Assembly: GCA_002840365.1 (NCBI GenBank) | Contig: PHAO01000001.1 | Location: 239,242-303,241, forward strand | DNA from: Candidatus Dojkabacteria bacterium HGW-Dojkabacteria-1 | GTDB taxonomy: Bacteria; Patescibacteriota; Dojkabacteria; SC72 | Length of the DNA stretch: 64,000 bases | Reading direction: 5' to 3' | Shown: piece after piece, positions 1-10,781 of the stretch | How positions within the stretch are numbered: the stretch's first letter is position 1 | Layout: each line of letters begins with the position of its first letter | Notes under the pieces: generated by a model | Told to the model about the DNA's origin: nothing | Database searches by the model: none | What the model saw: the letters and a program-made list of their open reading frames with translations, nothing else | Position numbers and translations under genes: made by a program

Positions 1-434
1 ATGTTGTAGAGATGTTTTCTTTAAAGAAGTATGAGAATGTAAGGAGATTGTTTAGAAGATCTTTAATATATTTTTTTACATTAGCTATCCTTTTTGTTCC
101 AATTGCAATGTTTTTAACTAAGATTGGAATAGAGATTCTTTTTCCACAGTATTCTAATGGTATATTGATGGCACTACTTTTACCTGTTGCACTAACATCT
201 GCAAAAGCGATACCTGTTTTAGTTATAAATACGGGGTTAATAGCTTCTACTGGGCATGCAAAATATATGGCTGTAGAGAATGTGGTTGTTGGTGTAATAA
301 ATGTTTTACTTAATATTTTTGTAATACAGATATATGGATATATTGGTGTAGTATGGGTTACCTTTATACTTCAGAGTATATCTTTAGTAGTGTTGTATAT
401 AGTGTATTACAAGAGGTTGAGGGAGTATTGTTAA
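1..434 (+). CDS. Wzx/MATE-like polysaccharide flippase, C-terminal part (5' end outside window)
   Basis: Multiple hydrophobic helices; C-terminal pattern INVLLNIFVIQIYGYIGVVW typical of flippase C-termini. Confidence 0.65.
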   Translation, partial: VVEMFSLKKYENVRRLFRRSLIYFFTLAILFVPIAMFLTKIGIEILFPQYSNGILMALLLPVALTSAKAIPVLVINTGLIASTGHAKYMAVENVVVGVINVLLNIFVIQIYGYIGVVWVTFILQSISLVVLYIVYYKRLREYC

Positions 435-457
435 TATAGTTTAATGTATAATGACGC

Positions 458-1600
458 ATGGAACCTACAGAGACAATAGGATGTGAAAAAACAGAAATGG
501 GTGAAGATTTGGCCTTTCTTAAAAGCAAGATAGAGGAAGTGCATTTTGATCCTTATAGAAATGTTGATGAGCAAACATTTTCACAATCCCTGAATAGAGT
601 AGGATTTGTGGAGAAAAGGTATAGAGAAATAGCTATACAAGAATCTATAGCTTTACTTGGAGATGCACATACTACAGTCTGTAATTTTAGATTTGGCGAA
701 TTATTTCCAGTACGATATCAAGAAATAGGTGGATATTTTTATATTATTGGGGCTCCTGACATAGGAGACCATGTTGTTGGAAGGGAAGTCCGAGGGATAA
801 ATGGTCACAGTATCGAAGATATTGTTAAGAAAGTTAAATCTCTTTCATCAAAGGAAGGACCAGAGGTACTTTTGAGAGATCTTGCTTGGTATTTACAATC
901 AAATATGATACTTAGGTATTATGGTTTCTCAGATGGCAAAGAAGTGTCTCTTGACACAGATAACGGACAAATTCCACTAAAAGTAAGTCAAAAATTAGCT
1001 AATAATCTACAAAGGCTTGACCCTCTGAAATGGATACCTACGGATGTAGATGATGATGAAACATATTTTGGAAACCCATTGTATCAATTTCGTATTTTTG
1101 GTAATACCCTGTTCTTTAAATATAACGATTGTACTAATTCAGGATATTCGAAAGAATATTTGGAAAAATTTAAAGATCGGTTATTAGAGGAGGCAAGAAT
1201 TTGTCAAACACTTGTGGTTGATTTAAGGTCAAACGATGGAGGGAGTACTGAGGTGATGTGGGACTTGTTCGAGAGGTTGCCTGATGATAGGAAAATATAT
1301 GTTGCAATCGGTAGAAGAACATTTTCTTCTGCTATGCATCATCTTCTCTATTTGAAAAATTCAAAAGGAGCAACATTAATAGGTGAGAATGCGGGTCAAA
1401 AGCCGAACAGATTCGGAGATAGTTATCACTTTACTCTACCAAATTCAAAAATTAGGATGAAATCATCCTTCAAATATTTTGAATTACTTCCAGGTCAAGA
1501 TATTGAAGTAGTGGAGCCTGATATTCGGATTCCCCTTACTATTGAAGATTATGTGAATGGTACAGACCCCCTTGAGAAATGGATAAAAGAGATGCGCTAA
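458..1600 (+). CDS. S41-family (tail-specific protease-like) peptidase
   Basis: LGDAHT, VVDLRSNDGGS, TFSSA, LIGENAG motifs; TATAAT at 447-452, 5 nt before ATG. Confidence 0.7.
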   Translation: MEPTETIGCEKTEMGEDLAFLKSKIEEVHFDPYRNVDEQTFSQSLNRVGFVEKRYREIAIQESIALLGDAHTTVCNFRFGELFPVRYQEIGGYFYIIGAPDIGDHVVGREVRGINGHSIEDIVKKVKSLSSKEGPEVLLRDLAWYLQSNMILRYYGFSDGKEVSLDTDNGQIPLKVSQKLANNLQRLDPLKWIPTDVDDDETYFGNPLYQFRIFGNTLFFKYNDCTNSGYSKEYLEKFKDRLLEEARICQTLVVDLRSNDGGSTEVMWDLFERLPDDRKIYVAIGRRTFSSAMHHLLYLKNSKGATLIGENAGQKPNRFGDSYHFTLPNSKIRMKSSFKYFELLPGQDIEVVEPDIRIPLTIEDYVNGTDPLEKWIKEMR

Positions 1601-2173
1601 TTACATAGTGTATACCCTTAATAGATTTTCTTCTGTAAGTAATATTAATCTCTTTTGCCCTACTGAAATATTTGTATACTCTGGTAATCCATCAATCCTT
1701 TTTCCCTTAGAATTTTGTACCTCCAGTAATTCTCCATTTTCAATATTTAATTTGTACGTTCTTCCTTCTAAGAAAGAATATGCATTTTGTAAAATAATAA
1801 AATTTTTCTTACACACAATTGGTATGACAGTAGGAAAGATATCCTTTTTAAAAAGTAAGTTCTCTTTTGAATCATACAAAGATATGGAAGTGCTAAATTC
1901 ATCCATACTCTTTATACTTCTATGCTCATACTCACACCTTAGTAATTCTCTCTCATAGCCATAGATACAGTTGTAACATACCTCTAAGATATTCTTAGTT
2001 CTGTTCTCCAGGTTATATATCTCAGAATTGGTGGTATATGAAAGTAATACATTGTCATGTGATATCCAATATATATTTAGAGGAACTTGTTCTGTGTTAA
2101 GTACATATTCAAAGAAAGGCTCTTTCTTTGTTTGGAAGATTGTTAAAAGTAACAACAGGATATTTTCAATCAT
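1601..2173 (-). CDS. Hypothetical exported protein
   Basis: ORF track; likely start MIENILLLL at 2173 with hydrophobic N-terminus. Confidence 0.55.
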   Translation of the reverse strand: MIENILLLLLTIFQTKKEPFFEYVLNTEQVPLNIYWISHDNVLLSYTTNSEIYNLENRTKNILEVCYNCIYGYERELLRCEYEHRSIKSMDEFSTSISLYDSKENLLFKKDIFPTVIPIVCKKNFIILQNAYSFLEGRTYKLNIENGELLEVQNSKGKRIDGLPEYTNISVGQKRLILLTEENLLRVYTM

Positions 2174-2183
2174 GTATATATTT

Positions 2184-3602
2184 TCAAAAATTAGGATGAG
2201 GATTTTCACCACTTAATCGATCAGGGAAGATATCTTTACCAATCGTAGGAATCATATTCCAATCCACATCAATATATTCAACAGGATTTGTATGTGTAGA
2301 AGAACTTAATCCTTTCCTTGTTTCGAAATGAAGATGATATCCAAGATTTTGACAATTCCATTTCCCACTGTTTCCACTAATACCTAGTACTTGATTTCTT
2401 TTTACAGACTCACCAATCTTTACACTGTAGGAATTCAAATGAAAGTAGGTGGAGTACATTCCATTCTTGTGCTTAAGGATTACAAAGTTACCACCTTGAT
2501 TACACTCCCCTCCATACTTGTCATATCCCACATTAACTACTGTAGCATCTGCAATACTTACGACTTTGTTTAGTTTTGCTCCAAAATCGATTCCCTTGTG
2601 TGGGCATTGATACTTTGTACACCCATACCACTGTGTAACCCCAAGATATCTTTCTAATGGGAAAGAGAACGGCTTAATCACAGGCGTAGCCTTTTGCATA
2701 GATATGGGTACTTTCTTTGTATATATTAAATCTACCCAAATATCTCTTTTGAATGAAAGATATATATTAAGCACAAAAGTTACTTTTTTCGAAGAGATAT
2801 CTGTATTGAATATTGTGTTGGTGAAGAATGCAGAATCCTTGAAACCAAAAGAGGAATTCTTTTGGTACATACCATCGACTTCAATATATCCATAGTAGAT
2901 TGGTTGAAGATTTCTTAGCTTCTTCTCAATTAATACCTGTTTGCATTTTCCCCAAGTATCAAAGTCTAGAAGAGAAAAAGGTTTGCACTCATATACATAT
3001 GTCTCTACTGATATTTCTTTTCTGTATATGCCATCTAAAGAAAGAGAGAAGTAGGTATTCCAATCTAAATACTTTGTATTCGTAATAGAAATACCTAAAT
3101 CACAATCAAGACTCTGTATTGAGTATGTCTCTTTCTTTAATATTGAAAGAGTACATTGGGTAGTATTGTTTTCTTGTATACCTTTTACTTCGGGAATATC
3201 TACAATTCTTGGCTCCTCATATATTTCTGTAAGAACAGATCTTTTTTCTACTGGGGGAAGGACCGGAGTAGGAATATCTTCAGGAGTATCTGGTATTTGT
3301 GGAGGGGTATAGGTTTTGTCAAAGAAGAAACAATCCAAGTCTTTGTAGTAGTAATCTTCCCTATCAATATATTTGTATCTCAGCCTCCTACAGTAGAAGG
3401 AGTTTTCTAAATGATATGTATATTCATATGTATTTGTCGTTGGCCAATGAGATATTTCAATATATTTAAAATCTTGCGTATATGAATATTGCAACTCATA
3501 TTCAATATTGTTGCCTAATGATTCCCACTCTGTTTTAAGAGGTAATTGAGAATATGTTGGGTATGAAATATTTAGTACAGTTGCAAATATTAGTGGTATC
3601 AT
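2184..3602 (-). CDS. M23 family metallopeptidase with long N-terminal extension
   Basis: HKGIDFG (HxxxD), YFHLN and HLHFE zinc-binding motifs in C-terminal domain. Confidence 0.85.
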   Translation of the reverse strand: MIPLIFATVLNISYPTYSQLPLKTEWESLGNNIEYELQYSYTQDFKYIEISHWPTTNTYEYTYHLENSFYCRRLRYKYIDREDYYYKDLDCFFFDKTYTPPQIPDTPEDIPTPVLPPVEKRSVLTEIYEEPRIVDIPEVKGIQENNTTQCTLSILKKETYSIQSLDCDLGISITNTKYLDWNTYFSLSLDGIYRKEISVETYVYECKPFSLLDFDTWGKCKQVLIEKKLRNLQPIYYGYIEVDGMYQKNSSFGFKDSAFFTNTIFNTDISSKKVTFVLNIYLSFKRDIWVDLIYTKKVPISMQKATPVIKPFSFPLERYLGVTQWYGCTKYQCPHKGIDFGAKLNKVVSIADATVVNVGYDKYGGECNQGGNFVILKHKNGMYSTYFHLNSYSVKIGESVKRNQVLGISGNSGKWNCQNLGYHLHFETRKGLSSSTHTNPVEYIDVDWNMIPTIGKDIFPDRLSGENPHPNF

Positions 3603-3689
3603 ATATACCTACATTGTTTCATCTAAAGATGAAGAAATCTTTAAAGAAATATTTTTGTACTAAGTAAAATATTGATATAATCGAGAGCT

Positions 3690-6626
3690 ATGATAAAACT
3701 ACTAGAAGGTCTTTTTGACTCTAACGAAAAACAACTTAAAAAAATTCAACTAATTGTAAATGAGATTAACTCCTTAGAAGAGGAAATGAGTAAGCTCTCT
3801 GATGAGAAGCTTAAGAAGAAAACAGAAGAGTTTAGAAAGATACTTAATGTAGACTTAGAACAATCAAGAAAAGATTTCTATGAACTCAGTAGAGAAGAAC
3901 TTAAGAAAATACTGGATGAAGAGAAAAAAGTCCTTAGAGAAATACTACCTCAAGCATTTGCAGTAGTAAGGGAAGCATCAAAGAGGGTTGCTAATCACAG
4001 ACACTTTGATGTTCAGGCAATGGCTGGATATGTATTGTTTGATAACAAGGTTGCTGAGCTGTTTACGGGTGAAGGTAAAACATTAGCAGCTAATATGCCT
4101 CTTTACCTGTATGCATTAACAGGTAGGGGAGCACATTTAGTTACTGTAAATGATTACCTTGCAAGAAGAGATGCAGAATGGAATGGGCATATATTAAATA
4201 GTCTTGGTATGACTGTCGCAGCTATTAACTCTGGTACACAGTATAGATATATTACTGATGAAGAGGTTCTTAAGCTCAAAGGGGATGAAGGTAAAGAGCT
4301 AATTGAGCAAAGAGAGAAAAAAGCTAAAGAGGCGGGTAGACTTAAGTATGATCATATGAGTGGTGTAAATCTAATTGAGTGTAGTAAAAAAGAAGCATAT
4401 GACTGTGATGTTGTATATGGTACTAACAATGAATATGGTTTTGATTACTTAAGAGACAATATGGTTGCCAGTTTAGCTGAGAGAGTTCAGGGTCCTAGAT
4501 ATTTTGCAATTGTAGACGAAGCAGACTCCATTTTGATTGATGAAGCTAGAACTCCTTTAATCATTTCTACTAGTGCAGAGGCATCTAATGAGATGTACAA
4601 ACAGTTTGCTAATTTAGCTAAGTCTTTACAAAAAGAAAAGCACTATACAGTAGATGAAAAATCTAATTCTGTATCCTTAAACGATGAGGGTATTGATGCA
4701 GTAGAGAAACTTCTGAAGGTTAAGAATGTATATGAGAATGCACAACTGGCATATCATTTAGACAATGCACTCAAAGCAAAAGAGCTCTACAAACTTGATG
4801 ATGAATATATGATTAAGGATGGTGAGGTATTAATAGTTGATGAGTTTACAGGAAGAGCTTTACCTGGAAGAAGATACAGTGAGGGATTACATCAAGCAAT
4901 AGAGGCTAAGGAAGGTGTAGAGGTTAAACGTGAGAGTAGAACCATGGCAACCATTACACTACAGAACTACTTTAGGTTGTATTCATACCTTTCAGGTATG
5001 ACAGGTACAGCACTTACTGAAGCTGAAGAGTTTGCATCCATTTATAATCTGGATACCATTGTTGTTCCTACTAACAGGCCTGTTGTAAGAAAGGACTACA
5101 ATGATGTTGTTTACAGAACAATGATGGGTAAATTCGAAGCTATCGTTGAAGATATTAAAGAACACAATGCAAAGGGGCAACCCATACTTGTTGGTACTAC
5201 ATCGGTAGAGAAGTCTGAGGCCTTGTCTATGATGCTTTCTAAAGAAGGTATTGCTCATGAGGTCTTAAATGCAAAACATCACGAGAGAGAGGCTAAGATA
5301 GTGTCAGAAGCAGGTCAAAAAGGCGCAGTTACAATTGCTACAAATATGGCAGGTAGAGGTACAGATATTGCTTTAGGTGAAGGAGTTAAGGAAGCTGGCG
5401 GATTGTATATCATTGGTTCAGAAAGACATGAATCTAGAAGAATAGATAACCAGTTAAGAGGTAGAGCAGGAAGACAGGGTGATCCAGGTGAATCAAAGTT
5501 CTTTGTATCATTCGAAGATGAACTGATGAGACTTTTTGGTGGAGAAAGAATGCAAGCAGTAATGACTCAAGCAGGACTTGAGGATGATATGCCAATATCA
5601 ATGGGTATACTAGGTAAAACTATAGAGAATGCTCAAAAGAAAGTAGAAGCTCACAACTATGATATTCGTAAAAGACTTGTTGAATATGATGATGTTTTAA
5701 ACAAACAAAGAAATATCATATATGATTTAAGAGCTAAGGTATTAGAAATATCTAGTGAGAGAAAGGAAACTGAAGAAATATCTTTAGAAAAAGATATTAA
5801 ATATACAACTAATTTAGATATTGAAAACCTTCAAGATATATTAGATGGTTTCGCAGTAACGAAGAAGGATACTTGGGATATTCAACAGCTAGAGGGATTA
5901 AAATTTAAACTTAATCCTTTGGATATATCCATTTTAAAGAAACTACTTGAATACATAGATATGCTTGTTCAAGCACAGCTTGAAGATGATATGGAGATAG
6001 ATAACATTGAGGAGAGAAATTTGTATATACAGGTAAAAAACTTACTTACAGAAGAGATATTTGAAAAAGGAGTAAAAGATCTTTCATTTAAAAACAGTAT
6101 TGAATTTTTTAGAAGTTTAGAAGGAAAGAGTATTACTGATATTAGTAAAGAATTAAAAAGATTGATATTTGTATCATATATTGAGCATATATATTCGATA
6201 GGGGTAGAGCCAATGAGGGAGCTATCTAAGGTACTAATACTTCAGGGGATAGACAGATATTGGATGGAACATCTTGATAATATGCAAGACTTAAGAGAGG
6301 GTATTTCTTTACGTAATCTTGCTCAAAGAGATCCTTTAGTAGAATACAAAAATGAAGGTTTCAGACTGTTTGATTCCATGCTAAGAAGTATTGATGAAAA
6401 TACTGTTAGTAGATTCTTCAAGGTAAGGGTGGTAAGAAATCAAAGTCCTTTACAAGCACCAATACAAACAGAAAAAGAAGAGGTAAGGAGTTTAACAGAC
6501 AACAGGCCAGGTAATGTAAGTAAGCAACAAACCGTTAAGAGAAGTAAGAAGGTAGGACGTAATGATCCTTGCCCATGTGGTAGTGGAAAGAAGTACAAGA
6601 AGTGTCATTATCCTGAATTTGAATAG
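3690..6626 (+). CDS. secA: Preprotein translocase ATPase SecA
   Basis: [49 protein letters not shown]-terminal [18 protein letters not shown]. Confidence 0.98.
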   Translation: MIKLLEGLFDSNEKQLKKIQLIVNEINSLEEEMSKLSDEKLKKKTEEFRKILNVDLEQSRKDFYELSREELKKILDEEKKVLREILPQAFAVVREASKRVANHRHFDVQAMAGYVLFDNKVAELFTGEGKTLAANMPLYLYALTGRGAHLVTVNDYLARRDAEWNGHILNSLGMTVAAINSGTQYRYITDEEVLKLKGDEGKELIEQREKKAKEAGRLKYDHMSGVNLIECSKKEAYDCDVVYGTNNEYGFDYLRDNMVASLAERVQGPRYFAIVDEADSILIDEARTPLIISTSAEASNEMYKQFANLAKSLQKEKHYTVDEKSNSVSLNDEGIDAVEKLLKVKNVYENAQLAYHLDNALKAKELYKLDDEYMIKDGEVLIVDEFTGRALPGRRYSEGLHQAIEAKEGVEVKRESRTMATITLQNYFRLYSYLSGMTGTALTEAEEFASIYNLDTIVVPTNRPVVRKDYNDVVYRTMMGKFEAIVEDIKEHNAKGQPILVGTTSVEKSEALSMMLSKEGIAHEVLNAKHHEREAKIVSEAGQKGAVTIATNMAGRGTDIALGEGVKEAGGLYIIGSERHESRRIDNQLRGRAGRQGDPGESKFFVSFEDELMRLFGGERMQAVMTQAGLEDDMPISMGILGKTIENAQKKVEAHNYDIRKRLVEYDDVLNKQRNIIYDLRAKVLEISSERKETEEISLEKDIKYTTNLDIENLQDILDGFAVTKKDTWDIQQLEGLKFKLNPLDISILKKLLEYIDMLVQAQLEDDMEIDNIEERNLYIQVKNLLTEEIFEKGVKDLSFKNSIEFFRSLEGKSITDISKELKRLIFVSYIEHIYSIGVEPMRELSKVLILQGIDRYWMEHLDNMQDLREGISLRNLAQRDPLVEYKNEGFRLFDSMLRSIDENTVSRFFKVRVVRNQSPLQAPIQTEKEEVRSLTDNRPGNVSKQQTVKRSKKVGRNDPCPCGSGKKYKKCHYPEFE

Positions 6627-6704
6627 CTATTATTATGGGTTTATTGACCTATCTCTCTTAATTGTAATATCCTAGATTACTGTAATCAGTTATCGGTTAT
6701 AATT

Positions 6705-7199
6705 ATGTCAAATCATGAAAATACAAAGAAGGTAGTTACCCAGCGACAAAGTGTACATGTAGTTTTTTTCTCCTGTCCTGATTGTGGTGAAGAAACCGAA
6801 CATATTCAACTCTGTCCAGATTGTTCCAAACCAATGAGGGTAATAGATGTCGTTGAGAAGTTTGGAGATGATGCAGATGCATTTTTAAAAAAAGTTCAAG
6901 AGAAGATTGAGAATGGTACTTTTAAAAAAGATGATTTAATAGCTGTAGATGAAGAAGAACAACCTAATGTCATTGTCCTTGCAGACGATGATTCATTAGA
7001 TGATGGAGCTGTTGTTGATGATGGTGTTGACACATTAGGAGATATATTTCCTGATGATGAAGATGATGAGAAAGTTACCTCTTCTGCCCCAGAGGGTCTA
7101 ACAGATTTAGACGACATTGTCGCAGAATTAGATAAGGAAGAGGATGACGACTTCCCACTTGTTGATGACTTGGGGGATGAGGGTCTTCCAGAGCTTTAA
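6705..7199 (+). CDS. Zinc-ribbon protein with very acidic C-terminal tail
   Basis: CPDC...CPDC followed by Asp/Glu-rich low-complexity region. Confidence 0.7.
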   Translation: MSNHENTKKVVTQRQSVHVVFFSCPDCGEETEHIQLCPDCSKPMRVIDVVEKFGDDADAFLKKVQEKIENGTFKKDDLIAVDEEEQPNVIVLADDDSLDDGAVVDDGVDTLGDIFPDDEDDEKVTSSAPEGLTDLDDIVAELDKEEDDDFPLVDDLGDEGLPEL

Positions 7200-8347
7200 T
7201 GCAAGAAAAATATTTCAAAAGAGTTGCTGTAATTGCTGATCAAATGACTTCCTTTGGTGGTGCTGATAGGGAGATGTTTTCAATGTTAAAACTTTTTCCT
7301 AATGCAGATATATATACCATTGCATTTGATGCAAACAAATATATTGGTATAAAGCAGAGGGTATATACAAGCTTTGTACAAAGAATACCTAAACCAAAAT
7401 CATTCTACAGACATTTAAAAATATTAACACCATGGGCATATGAAAGCTTTGATTTAAGGAAATACGACCTTGTAATTAGCATCTCAGCTGGTCCGGCAAG
7501 GGGAGTAATTACTGGTATATATCAACCCCATATCGCAATGGTAATGACCCCACCAAGAAGTCTTTGGGACAATGAACTTAATGTAAGAGCCTCTCGGTTA
7601 AAGAATATCTACAAACCAATTTCAACAATATTAAACACATATATGCGTATATGGGATTTAAGTATTTCTAAACGTGTAGATTACTGGACTGCTAATTCGA
7701 AATATATTGCAAAGAAAATACTAAAGAGATATGGGACTAATGCTACAGTAATATATCCTGGAATTTCAAAAGAGAGTTTTGAAAAAGTATCTAAGGAGCA
7801 GAAAAGAAAGATTTGTGAAAAGTACGACATAGAAGGAGAGTTTGTTCTTGTTGTATCTCGTTTGTACGATTACAAAAGAATAGATTGGGCAATACGAGCA
7901 TGTTTAAAAGCAGGTAAGCAATTAGTAATAGTTGGAGAAGGTCCAGATATGAAATATCTAAAGAGTATAGCTAATGGAAATACTCTAATTAAGTTCCTTG
8001 GATTTGTAGAAGATGATAGCGAAGTAAGAGTGTTTTTTAATATTGCAGAAGTATTACTCTTTTGTGGTATAGAGGATTTTGGATTGGTACCTGTAGAAGC
8101 TATGGCACAGGGGACACCAGTTTTTGCATATGAAGAGGGTGGCGTATTAGAAACAGTTAAGAGAGGTATATGTGGAGAATTTTTCAAAGATGAAAAAGAA
8201 TTAACTAAACTACTTAAGAATTTTAAGAAGAGAAGGTATAATCCTAGAGAGATTGTTAAAAGGGCACAGGAATTTACAGAAGAAAAGTTCTTAAATAATC
8301 TAGAAGAATATATTAAAAAAGTATATGACACAGAAAGAAAAAAGTAG
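7199..8347 (+). CDS. GT4 (GT-B) glycosyltransferase
   Basis: FGGADRE, EDFGLVPVEAMAQGTPV. Confidence 0.92.
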   Translation: MQEKYFKRVAVIADQMTSFGGADREMFSMLKLFPNADIYTIAFDANKYIGIKQRVYTSFVQRIPKPKSFYRHLKILTPWAYESFDLRKYDLVISISAGPARGVITGIYQPHIAMVMTPPRSLWDNELNVRASRLKNIYKPISTILNTYMRIWDLSISKRVDYWTANSKYIAKKILKRYGTNATVIYPGISKESFEKVSKEQKRKICEKYDIEGEFVLVVSRLYDYKRIDWAIRACLKAGKQLVIVGEGPDMKYLKSIANGNTLIKFLGFVEDDSEVRVFFNIAEVLLFCGIEDFGLVPVEAMAQGTPVFAYEEGGVLETVKRGICGEFFKDEKELTKLLKNFKKRRYNPREIVKRAQEFTEEKFLNNLEEYIKKVYDTERKK

Positions 8348-9497
8348 TACATACAAGATAGCGGTAGTAGCAGATCCTCTTTACAAATATGGTGGAGCAG
8401 AGAAACATCTAGGAGATATACTTAGAGCTTTTCCAAACAGTACTCTTTTTACTGCATTTTGTGATAGGGATTTTGTTAAAAAATACTATCCTAATGTTGA
8501 AATTAAAACTTCCTTTATGCAATATATACCGGGAAAGTTTAAGTTCAGATATTTTCTTCAGTTAATACAACCTCTAGCTTACAAATCTTTTAGATACAAA
8601 GGATATGATGCGATAGTTTCAATATCTATTGCCTTTGCAAAATTCACAAGAGGAAATATTCCACATATAAATATATGTATGTCTCCTACGAAGTTCTTCT
8701 GGGAGAAAGAGGGTAGAACACTTAAGGAGAACAATCAATTAAAAGGAATTAATAGATTCCTATTTAGCTTCTACTCCTTCTTTATGGATACCTTCTTAGA
8801 AGATATCTGGAAAGGGTGGGATAAGGGTGCAGCTCAAAAAGTAGATAAAATGATAGCTATATCAAAAGCAGTTCAAAAGCGTATTAAAAAGTATTACCAA
8901 AGAGATAGTGATGTAATATATCCTCCTGTTGAAGTAAAAGCTATTCAAGAATTAACTAAAGTAAATAGGAAAGAAAACTGGTTTCTGTATCTTGGAAGAG
9001 TAGAAACATACAAAGGAGTAGAGCTTGCAATAAGGGCAGCTCATGATGCTAAGGTACCACTTAAGATTGCAGGTATAGGGGATGATTTAGAAAGAATGAA
9101 GGAGTTGGTAAAGGAATTAAATGCAAAGGGTTATGTCAAATTCTTGGGTTTTGTTTCAGAAGAGGAGAAACTAGAATTACTTTCTAAAGCTAAGGCTTTG
9201 ATTTTTCCTGTTAGGGGAGAAGACTTTGGTATTGTCCCTGTAGAAGCCAATGCAGCTGGTACCCCCGTTATTGCTTACAGAGATGGTGGTGTAGTTGAAA
9301 CTATTTCGGATATTAATCCTAAGAGTGGAGAGTTTTTCAAAAAGTATGATTACAAATCTCTTGCAAGGATACTTAAGAAATTTGATGGAAGACAGTACAA
9401 GGCAGAAAACTGTAGAAAACAAGCAAGTAACTTTGCAGTAGAAATCTTTATTTACAAGCTACAAAGGTATGTAGATGATGCTATACAGAATCGTTAA
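8325..9497 (+). CDS. GT4 (GT-B) glycosyltransferase
   Basis: YGGAEK, YLGRVETYKG, EDFGIVPVEANAAGTPV. Confidence 0.92.
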   Translation: MTQKEKSSTYKIAVVADPLYKYGGAEKHLGDILRAFPNSTLFTAFCDRDFVKKYYPNVEIKTSFMQYIPGKFKFRYFLQLIQPLAYKSFRYKGYDAIVSISIAFAKFTRGNIPHINICMSPTKFFWEKEGRTLKENNQLKGINRFLFSFYSFFMDTFLEDIWKGWDKGAAQKVDKMIAISKAVQKRIKKYYQRDSDVIYPPVEVKAIQELTKVNRKENWFLYLGRVETYKGVELAIRAAHDAKVPLKIAGIGDDLERMKELVKELNAKGYVKFLGFVSEEEKLELLSKAKALIFPVRGEDFGIVPVEANAAGTPVIAYRDGGVVETISDINPKSGEFFKKYDYKSLARILKKFDGRQYKAENCRKQASNFAVEIFIYKLQRYVDDAIQNR

Positions 9498-10107
9498 AAG
9501 AATCCTTGATTTAATACTAGCCACAGTACTTTGGATACTTACATCTCCATTAATGTTGTTGATTTCGATATTGATAAAGGTGTCTGATGGAGGTGAGGTG
9601 TTTGTTGGTACCCCTATTAGATATGGTCTGAATGGGAAATCATTCTTTATGTACAAATTTCGTACAATGATTCCGAATGCTCATCATATTGCGATGAACA
9701 ATGGTGAAATCAAAGACAAACTTTTAGGTAATCACAAGCTTGAGGGTGATATGAGAGTAACAAAGATTGGAAAGATATTGAGAAATACAGACTTGGATGA
9801 ATTACCTCAACTTATAAATGTAATTCTTGGTCAAATGAGTATGGTTGGTCCTAGGCCTTTTTATGAGGAGGAGGTTCTACATCACTTAGAGAAATATCCA
9901 GAAGACAAAAAATATTTTGAAGTCATCTTTAAATCGAAGCCTGGATTAACTGGCATCTGGCAAGTATCAGGCAGGAATGAAATACCTTTTAGAAAGAGAC
10001 TACAAATGGAGAGTGAATATGCTCTTAAACCTAGTATACTTAAGGATATGTACATATTTCTAAAAACTCCAATAATCGTCCTTACAAGAAAAGGTGCTCT
10101 TCAGTAG
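9475..10107 (+). CDS. Undecaprenyl-phosphate sugar phosphotransferase (bacterial sugar transferase family)
   Basis: KRILD, YKFRTM, LDELPQLINV, MSMVGPRP, KPGLTGIWQVSGR. Confidence 0.93.
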   Translation: MMLYRIVKRILDLILATVLWILTSPLMLLISILIKVSDGGEVFVGTPIRYGLNGKSFFMYKFRTMIPNAHHIAMNNGEIKDKLLGNHKLEGDMRVTKIGKILRNTDLDELPQLINVILGQMSMVGPRPFYEEEVLHHLEKYPEDKKYFEVIFKSKPGLTGIWQVSGRNEIPFRKRLQMESEYALKPSILKDMYIFLKTPIIVLTRKGALQ

Positions 10108-10164
10108 ACCCGGGTCTACTAATATGTCTTAATATAGATAGATAAAAATAGACTAGAGTCTACT
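10103..10164. repeat. Pair of 18-bp palindromes (AGTAGAC-N4-GTCTACT type) starting 44 bp apart, upstream of recO
   Basis: 10103-10120 agtagacccgggtctact (perfect palindrome); 10147-10164 aatagactagagtctact. Confidence 0.75.
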
Positions 10165-10779
10165 ATGAGGGATATTGTAACTGTAATAAAGTCGGTTAAT
10201 TACTCAGAAGCAGATAAAGTGCTTACTGTTTTTGGTAAAAGCATAGGTAAGTTTGCTCTCTTTGCAAAAGGTATTAGAAAGATTAATAGTAAGAATAGGG
10301 GGAATATGCAAACTCTTTGTACTAGTGAAATATCCTTCTATGAGGGTAAGGGTTTACCTGTACTGACAGAATCACAGCTAATACACTCTCCTAATACAGA
10401 TGTTCTAAAGGACAGAGTCGAGAATCTAAACAGAGTTTTAGTTATGCTTAATCGTATCCTTGCAGAATATGATTCTAATGAAAAGGTTTTTGAGATGTTG
10501 CAAAGCGTCTTAAAGAAGGATTTCAATATTGAATCTGTTAACAGATTCCGAGTAATCTTTCTTAAAGAGATGGGTTTTTTGCAAGATTTTTCTAAGTGTA
10601 ATATCTGTGGTAATGAGAAAGATTTAAGATATATTGATGTTTCTAACTTTGCCCTTCTTTGTAAAAACTGTTACATTAATGTAGGAAAGTGCTATGAATT
10701 AGGTGATAATCCATATACAGAGGAATTCTTTACACAGGCTTTGGATATATATGTTAAGAAAGTAATTGAAGAGATATAG
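10165..10779 (+). CDS. recO: DNA repair protein RecO
   Basis: YSEADKVLTVF...GK...AKGIRK N-terminal OB fold; CNICG...LCKNC zinc finger. Confidence 0.9.
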   Translation: MRDIVTVIKSVNYSEADKVLTVFGKSIGKFALFAKGIRKINSKNRGNMQTLCTSEISFYEGKGLPVLTESQLIHSPNTDVLKDRVENLNRVLVMLNRILAEYDSNEKVFEMLQSVLKKDFNIESVNRFRVIFLKEMGFLQDFSKCNICGNEKDLRYIDVSNFALLCKNCYINVGKCYELGDNPYTEEFFTQALDIYVKKVIEEI

Positions 10780-10781
10780 CT

